NCBI GenBank assembly: GCA_004764695.1
Contig: SMSO01000036.1
Span: 1,240,001-1,304,000 of the forward strand
Direction: 5' to 3'
Length of the DNA: 64,000 bases
From: Schizochytrium sp. TIO01
Lineage: Eukaryota > Protista > Bigyra: Labyrinthulomycetes
In this document: positions 56,703 through 64,000 of the stretch, piece after piece
Position numbering within the stretch: the stretch's first letter is position 1
How the letters are laid out: every line of letters begins with the position of its first letter
The notes under the pieces: generated by a model
What the model saw: only the letters and a program-made list of their open reading frames with translations
Told to the model about the DNA's origin: nothing
The model's database searches: none
Position numbers and translations under genes: made by a program

Positions 56703-59700
56703 TTAGTCCTAGTCATTGATTGATCCGTTGTAATTTGCACTCCTAAATGAATCTAATCCATATTGAATGGTGCAAGTTCGTCAAAGGCTGTTCAGTAGGA
56801 GTGATCAGCTGGTGTGCTATATTCTCAGAACAAAGTAGAAAGTTACACAAAAATAGCCAGTAGCACTTGGTCCGTATGACCAGAAGCGGCATTCTTATGT
56901 GTACTTTCTATTTGGGTATATGGTAGTTGCACTCGCAGCCTACACGCTTAGGTACTCATTGTATTTTATTCTTTCAAGCAATTTACTTGAAAAAAAAGCA
57001 ACTCGGGCGAATAACAGTATCCTTTGTTCTCCTCCTCAAAACAGAACCTGATTCCACATCTAGTTTACTTCATCAAATTTTCCAAACAATAGTCAGTAGC
57101 AGATGACTTATATTTCGAGTCGCTGCTGCAGCAGCACAAGGTTTGCAATCTTGACTCCCTTAATTGTATGAGTGAATATATCTCAATTGTGGTTGTTACA
57201 CTCGGCCATCTACCTCATTCACCTGCAGCAAGCTTTCCGACAGATCACAAAGGATGAAGTGTTTATGCGCGCACACCAACAGCGATATCGAGTCGTTGCA
57301 ATTGGCTGAGGGGTACAAGCGTACATGTTCTCTCTGTGAGCTACTGACACAGTAAGCTTATTGTACATCTTGGTAAGTAAACTCAAGCTTTGAAGCACCG
57401 AACATTTGATTAAGATGACATAAACTAGCACTTTTTTAAATAAATTTTCTCCAACATGATGGTGTTTTTTTTCATTGCTCTTCTTTTCTATTCTTTTTTT
57501 TTTCATATAAAAATAAAATAAACAAATATACACTTGCGTACTCTCCAAAGTCGTGGTAGCTGGTGTTAGATTGCACAAAACGTTGGGCATACTTTCTGCG
57601 CCGCAATGCAATGGGCTCTCAAAGGCCTGTAATTCACGATAGTCAAATAAGTTACATTCATGCTTGAGTCGAAATCTTTTCCTATTTCATTTATCAAAAG
57701 GGACTCATTAACTCATAAGCAAATGATATATCTTTCTGAAAGCTCAGCTGGAGACCGCGTGCCAAGCATCCAGAGCTACTTGTCAGCTTACTTGATTATT
57801 TACCTCGAACTGATTCTATTCCAGCGATATCGACTTAATTGTTTTGTACTTATCATTCGGTCTTCATCCACCTAGGGTGCGAGGTACTATGGTCCGCCTT
57901 AGGGTTTGACAGTTTCATTTTAAAACTACCAATCGCGAAAGATTGACACGAATAATAAATATCGAAGGCATCGGGCCGTACAGATGACGACTCGCACACT
58001 CCCTCGCTCAATACACTGTTTCATGCACAATCATGCGCTTCCCTCGATACAGGTTGTGTGGCATCACACACAAAACAACTTGAGTACGCTTGCTCGTTTG
58101 GAGATTGTGCTGTCTCCTGGGGACGTGGGCGATTTGTCCCCATCTAAATATCATCAGAACAAGTGTATTTGATTATGTTTAAGATAATATTTATTAGGTC
58201 TTATAAGAGATGCACGAGCGCTACATACGGCCTATACGTTTCTTGCGAAACGTTCAAGACACATATTTTTAGCTCTGCTTGATGTTGCAACTGAATGTGA
58301 GTCCGCATAAACACTATAAAATAATCTTTGCAGCTGTAGCTATAGAGGTGAGTTCCCGCACGAGGGTTTATAGTGAGCTGCTTTGAGTGCCTCTAGTGTT
58401 GAACGAGTGTTGAAAAAAAATCCGGGCTGCAATCTATGCATTATACATTCAGACACTAATTATGATATTAATCAATAATGAAAAGTGAGGCTTCCTCTAC
58501 TGATGTTCTTTTTGGTCTTAAAATCTGATGACATAAGGCCGGGGATGGAGTAAACCCATCATGGTGATCAAAGATTAGTTATTGTACTAGCGTATTCATA
58601 ATTTACAACTCAGCTCATTTTTATTTTTTATTTTTTGAATTAAACAAGAGATCATAAAATAGCAAATAAAAATATATTCAAAAACTTAAGGGAACTGCAA
58701 ATACTGCCTAAGCGTGATTTGTCGTTTGGATCGTTGCATAGTTTATCTGCGTGGCTGTACGGCGGTGAGAGGCACGGTCCCAAACTGATGTCTCATTGTT
58801 GCCTTTAAAAAGAAAAACCCAAGGATTTCTACGATGCAAATGCCATATGGAATCACCTAATAGTGCGAATACCCTTAACAATAATAGGGGTTACTACAAG
58901 GTGAAAAGAAACGGGGAACGAAACGATTGCATCAATACCCCCACCCGCGAGAAACTTCAAGCGAGGTGTCCTCCTCTTCTTTTATTTTACTCAAGATAAG
59001 AGAGTGATGTCTACGCGATCTTAATGTCCTTTGGTGACCTGGTTGTTTCGAAGGTGTAGATGAGGTTCCGTGTTAGTAGTTTCTTTACCTGGTCCCCTTA
59101 GACGTCAAGGGGGTATTCGTGATGTTAATATTCTTCTAATAACCATACGTAGTTTTATAAAAATAAAGAAAGCAAAGTGTAACGAAGGATCAACTCTTGT
59201 AGAGAAGAGGGCGTCGAGCTCAAAGCTAGGAGCCGGCTTCATCAGAGAGTTTAATGTTTATTTGAGATGGCGAAGGCCTTCTTCGTGAGAGCATCTAGAA
59301 GATGACGTAGGGGTTTGTCAAAACATTATATTAGCAAATGCATCGCATTCACTCTTTTTATTGACATTTTACTTTCTTCAAATGCCGCCACTCTCAAGGT
59401 CTTGAAATGGTGTGTAGATCCTCGATCCCTTCGTGAGGTGTTATATTTCGTTGCAGTGATCCCTCCTTTTTACGCTTTTTTCTTGTTCTCGATATTTTGA
59501 CGGTATCCTCCAGATGCAGGTTGTCAGGGTCCTCCTAATTCTCTCTGCGTCATGGCGCCCTACGTAAGGAACGCCACCTCTGTTTTCATCCGTGTTTTAT
59601 TCAATTTGTTTTCATATTCGTTTCTTTATGCAGTACTATGTTTATTCTTTCTTTATTTCTTTCTTTATTCTTTTTTAACTACATTGGAATGAATAAAAGA

Positions 59701-60411
59701 CCACCTAACAGCAGAAACGGGGTTTCGCTTTACTCGTCAGCGTTAATCGAGAGAGCTGGCAAACTTTGCTATAGCCTTAGTGCGTCGTGGTGACTGTCCT
59801 AGTTGAAGTAGACGAAGTGGGAAACGCCTCACCTCTCTAAGTTCGACTTGAAGGTGTTGAATGTGGCGAATGTCGTTCCTAAAGTAATGCTTAGTCATTC
59901 TGGTATGAGGTAGTAAGACAAAGGAAAAGCTTCCTTCTTTCTTTACTTTTAAAAGTACAGCTTTCATGGAAAGTAAAAAGGAAAGAAAAAAAAATGTTTA
60001 GGAAAGAGAAAAGAGGTTTTGCCTTACAGCAGAACTTTGAAGGTTACATTTTCATCAAGTTTTAGCCTGGGCAAGAGCGGTACACAGAGCTACATCGTGA
60101 GGGTTTCACTTGCACAAGGACAAAGTTTGAGCTCGAGACGGCCACGAGTTGGAGAAACCGGGGAGAAAGCAAACCTGATTTGGACCATCTGGGAGGAAGA
60201 GCTAGAAGAGTTGACAAGAAGAATTATTGCGGAGACCACTGGGACCTCAAGCCGGTCAAAGGGACTTGGTGAGAGGGCGCAATTCCAGCGAGGAATTGGA
60301 AAGACTGCTCACCTTGTGTCTCTCATTACCCGCGTCCGACAGCGTCTGCATAGAAGGCGCAATAAGCGAAGGCAGATCTCCTTCAAAGGCCAATCAAAGC
60401 CGATCGCCAAG

Positions 60412-61875
60412 ATGGACGACGGAGCAGATGACTATTTTACAGAGGACTTGATGCGAGAAGAGGAGAAGACACAGAGCCCTTACTCTTCGCAGTCATCGTC
60501 GCTTGGAGATTATGAGGAGGCATTCTTTCCGCCACCACCCCCGCTTTTCCCACCAAACGACGCCCTTGTCAAGAACAAAAACGAAATCCATCAGCTCGAT
60601 GCCATGATAGACTCGCGGCGACGCTACGGGCGATGCAATTCAACGTCCACTGTTAAGGTGGACACGACCATGGCACACCCTAATCACGATGCAACGATCG
60701 AAGTCATCGCACGTCGACTCCATGACATGATGGTTACTTGTGAAGAAGCTAACACAGGAATCCTTCGTATTGACCGCCACGCAGCCTCAGTCAACTCGAA
60801 GAATAACAGTGGCAGCAACCGGAACATCACAGACCCTTCTAGACGGTTTGGCAGCGTGGATCTCAGTTGTTTCAATGACCCAAACTACAAAGTCCTTAAT
60901 TCTTCATACTGGAGTGATAGCGACAGTGATGATGACTACGAGGCCCTCGAGGAGTTTGTTGCCTACCATGAGGTTGAGGAGGAAAAGGACGAGAACAATT
61001 TTTACAATGAGTTTGTAACAGCACCTGCCTGCAACGAAAATCGATCATGTGGTACTAATACAGCACATGGATCTCTTCTCGTTCCGGCTCGCACTCGCGG
61101 AGTTTTAACAGAGCATAGCCCTCGAAACAGTAAAAATGGGCCAAGCTCTTACAGAAAAGGAGGGTTCCAGGAACCACGAAAAAACACCCGGATCTCACAG
61201 CAGCATCACCTACCTAATATTCCCAAGCCTTCAACAAGTACTATTCGTGAACATGTAAGAAACATGTTTGTCACTGCCCAATGCTCAGAAGAATGCAATA
61301 TCATTTGCCTGCTGTATGTAGAGCGCCTGCTCGAATGTGCCGACAATGTCCTGGCATTCAATCCATACAATTGGAAAGCAATTGTGATGATGGCTTTGCT
61401 TCTTGCAAGCAAAGTTTGGGATGACTTGAGCATGGTGAATGAGGATTTTAGCATCTTCATGCCTTACTCCCTGGAGCAAATCAACCGCTGGGAGTCGCAG
61501 TACTTGACTAGCATTCAGTTTAATGTCCGTGTCAGTGCCTCTCAATATGCCCAGCTCTATTTTGAGCTTAGGAAACAAGCCCAACTCGCCGGGTTTGAGG
61601 GACTCCCTCAAAAGGAATTAGATGTTGCTAAAGCAACAAAGCTAGAGGCACTCACAACCACAATGGAGAAACGAACAAAGCAGATCAACCATGTCTATGT
61701 GGCTAGTGAGTCTCCAGGGGCACTTTCCAGCCCCAATGGCCCCGGAAATGTAATGCTTACACCCATTCCAGGCACAGATGTTCAAGCTGAACAACGCATG
61801 GCGCAGAGACACCTCCGTCGCGTTAATTCTGACGCCGGACCTCACCGTTCCGCATGTCGATTTGTCATCGATTAA
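60412..61875 (+). CDS. CCNY: Cyclin Y-like protein
   Basis: Cyclin box AQCSEECNIICLLYVERLL ... NWKAIVMMALLLASKVWDD..MVNEDF ... INRWESQYL..IQFNVRVSASQYAQLYFELR, characteristic of the cyclin Y family. First in-frame ATG at 60412 (487 aa); the frame is open upstream to ~60019. Confidence 0.85.
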   Translation: MDDGADDYFTEDLMREEEKTQSPYSSQSSSLGDYEEAFFPPPPPLFPPNDALVKNKNEIHQLDAMIDSRRRYGRCNSTSTVKVDTTMAHPNHDATIEVIARRLHDMMVTCEEANTGILRIDRHAASVNSKNNSGSNRNITDPSRRFGSVDLSCFNDPNYKVLNSSYWSDSDSDDDYEALEEFVAYHEVEEEKDENNFYNEFVTAPACNENRSCGTNTAHGSLLVPARTRGVLTEHSPRNSKNGPSSYRKGGFQEPRKNTRISQQHHLPNIPKPSTSTIREHVRNMFVTAQCSEECNIICLLYVERLLECADNVLAFNPYNWKAIVMMALLLASKVWDDLSMVNEDFSIFMPYSLEQINRWESQYLTSIQFNVRVSASQYAQLYFELRKQAQLAGFEGLPQKELDVAKATKLEALTTTMEKRTKQINHVYVASESPGALSSPNGPGNVMLTPIPGTDVQAEQRMAQRHLRRVNSDAGPHRSACRFVID

Positions 61876-62087
61876 AACTTGAGCCGGCCTCGCATTTCCT
61901 ATCGTAACTATCCACAGTGTGACGCCGATTTTACACCCATATTCTAGATAACTATACAAAAATCACAACAGCAAACTAACTATAAAACAAATGTACACCT
62001 TTCCAAGTTTCTACTGTGCCTTCACATTTTCAAATAATGAACTAACGAACCCAGTAGATCAGATAATTTCAAGACAAGTTTGCTTCC

Positions 62088-63476
62088 CTAGAGACAGCAA
62101 TTTGTCCCTCTCGTTACCTGGGGTAGCGCAAAGTGAGTTCCAACACCAGCTACCATGCAAAGAAACGCGCAAATGAAGAGAGCTACCGATTGCGAGTGAG
62201 CAAAGAGAAGCTGGCCTATAAATGGACTCAGCAATCCACCAATCCGAGCAAATGCAGTTACCACACCAACACCGAACGCGCGGTGTTGCGAGGCAAAAAA
62301 CGAGGAACTGTAAATCCAAAGACTTTGGTTAAAGCCGAGGGCCGATGCTCTAGCACCGAAAAGTAGAGCTGTGGCTATCCTGGTATCAACTTGATCTTTA
62401 CTTACTGCAAGGGTGCTCATCACGAGACAGAAAAAGGCACAACTAGCAAACATAATTGCGACAGAACTTCTTGACCCTAGCTTTCGAACACATCCTAGAG
62501 CAGCAAAGAGTCCAGGAAGCTCTGCAGCATTTACAATAAGGATCTGTAGGTAAGTGTTATTCTGCAGCCTTCCGCTGGATTCTGGCCACAGATAAACAAG
62601 GCTAAGTTCCACTAGTGCATAATACACAACAGCCATGATTGCAAAGAGACTACACAAAGCAGATACTGCTTTAAGGCTTGTTGCCTGTGGTAAGTATAGT
62701 CTAGGAGGCTCTGCGACTGTATCAGTTTCATCCACGTGTAATAGTTCAAGATCTTCATAGTGTTGCTCGTGTGGTGACTTCGGAGAACTCTTGTTCATAG
62801 AAGTCATTTGAGACAATACAGTTCGCGCCTGCATTTTACGGTTGCGGGTGGCAAGAAATACTGGACTTTCTGGCAAGCACCAAGTCAAAGTCGCAACACA
62901 CAAACTGGGTAAGCATGCAAGTTGCAGAAACATTCGCCAGCTCTGGGCTCCTGCCAAAGTCGCCCATGCAAGCCCGGCGCATGCGACACTTCCAATCGAG
63001 AAGAAAAGAAAAAACCAAATTAGCCAAGATTCCCGGCGACTCCGAGGCAAGACCTCAGAAAACCAAGCTAAGGCGCAGCTAGCACCGCCCAGCCCACATC
63101 CAACAAAGAAGCGTGCCACATAGAGCTGCAAGTGGCTTGAAACTAAAGAGCTTGCAAATCCTGCTACCCCAACTAGAAGACTTGTGCCAAATGTGCCATT
63201 TCGTCGTCCGTAATTATCAGCGACCCATCCCCAAGATGGAGCGCCAATAAGCATACCTGCAAAGACACAGAAACTAAGCATCCAGGTAGACTCCAAATGC
63301 ATTGGTGAGTGTTCGGGCTCTTCAATTGATAGCGCGCCGGCAAGGAGCGGTAACAAAATAAGCTCCATTGCATCTGAAAATTGAGTCCCTCCACAGATCA
63401 TTAACATGATATACTGAAATTTCCCAACGCCTACTTCACGCTCTAAAACTTGTTCTACCCATTCTGTATTTGACAT
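62088..63476 (-). CDS. Major facilitator superfamily transporter, SV2/SVOP-like
   Basis: 462 aa, ~12 TM segments. GVGKFQY, DAMEL, WGWVADNYGRR (MFS motif A), RFFVGCGLG, EVLP, WR and LPESP; second half RKLGSR and RIGGLLSPFI. Confidence 0.88.
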   Translation of the reverse strand: MSNTEWVEQVLEREVGVGKFQYIMLMICGGTQFSDAMELILLPLLAGALSIEEPEHSPMHLESTWMLSFCVFAGMLIGAPSWGWVADNYGRRNGTFGTSLLVGVAGFASSLVSSHLQLYVARFFVGCGLGGASCALAWFSEVLPRSRRESWLIWFFLFFSIGSVACAGLAWATLAGAQSWRMFLQLACLPSLCVATLTWCLPESPVFLATRNRKMQARTVLSQMTSMNKSSPKSPHEQHYEDLELLHVDETDTVAEPPRLYLPQATSLKAVSALCSLFAIMAVVYYALVELSLVYLWPESSGRLQNNTYLQILIVNAAELPGLFAALGCVRKLGSRSSVAIMFASCAFFCLVMSTLAVSKDQVDTRIATALLFGARASALGFNQSLWIYSSSFFASQHRAFGVGVVTAFARIGGLLSPFIGQLLFAHSQSVALFICAFLCMVAGVGTHFALPQVTRGTNCCL

Positions 63477-64000
63477 ACTTATATTGGTCTCAAGCTTCCC
63501 TGATCCGGATGCGTACTTTTATAGCGTGACTACACCACTGTTGCCCGTCACAGATACAGTGCACTGCTAAAAGCGGGCTCCCTGGCCCAATCAAGTTGTC
63601 GGCAGTAACGTTGGCGTCAACTCTACCCCGGCTAAATAAACACCGTTGTCTCAAAATGCTCCCTTCCGACGGTAAATTCTACGAGCGCGAGTCTGGAGTA
63701 TAGGAGACACGACTGCTGATCTCGAAGCTTGTCTCGTGACTGGTTTTCGACCCTGCGTACTCCCAAGAACTTTTGATACTGGGCCTTCGTTCGTTGTAGT
63801 AAAAGTACCTAGCTAGGTGTTTACGGACTCACTATCTAATGGTATATAGCACTAATCTTAGACAAAAGCTTAGTCTTCCTCTTCACCTTTGACTATTAAA
63901 AACTTAGGTCGACGCAATGCACACGAAAGAACTAAGCCCCTCATACATTGTTCTACTTCACATACTACAGATATTTTGAGGTCAATCGGAAACCTTAGGA

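Noticed and set aside
1-64000. tRNA, rRNA or snRNA genes
   Set aside because: No cloverleaf/T-loop consensus or rRNA/snRNA signature was recognised by eye; a covariance-model scan (tRNAscan-SE, Infernal/Rfam) would be needed to exclude them.

Overview
Eukaryotic, apparently intronless genomic DNA. The style (long single-exon ORFs, microsatellite-rich spacers) suggests a protist such as a thraustochytrid/labyrinthulomycete, but that is inference. 1-14 kb is a compact housekeeping block: 3' part of ASPM, a DPH7-like WD40 gene split by a 1-nt frameshift, NOC2, an AGFG-type ArfGAP, a VTC2/GDPGP1-family HIT phosphorylase and a DHHC palmitoyltransferase. 14-20 kb is a non-coding mosaic of simple repeats. 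It is followed by an ABCC/MRP transporter, a small signal-anchored kinase-like orphan, and a (TAGG)n-flanked block carrying a ~285-bp A-B-A-B satellite. The main feature (33.6-56.4 kb) is an AT-richer tandem array of nine paralogous single-exon 7-TM, GPCR-like genes. Eight are intact on the minus strand and one is inverted and frameshifted. They form two positionally segregated subfamilies and share invariant intramembrane His/Asp/Glu residues, so this is a candidate chemoreceptor cluster undergoing birth-and-death evolution. The window ends with a cyclin Y-like gene and an SVOP/SV2-like MFS transporter. No rRNA, tRNA or CRISPR array was recognised.
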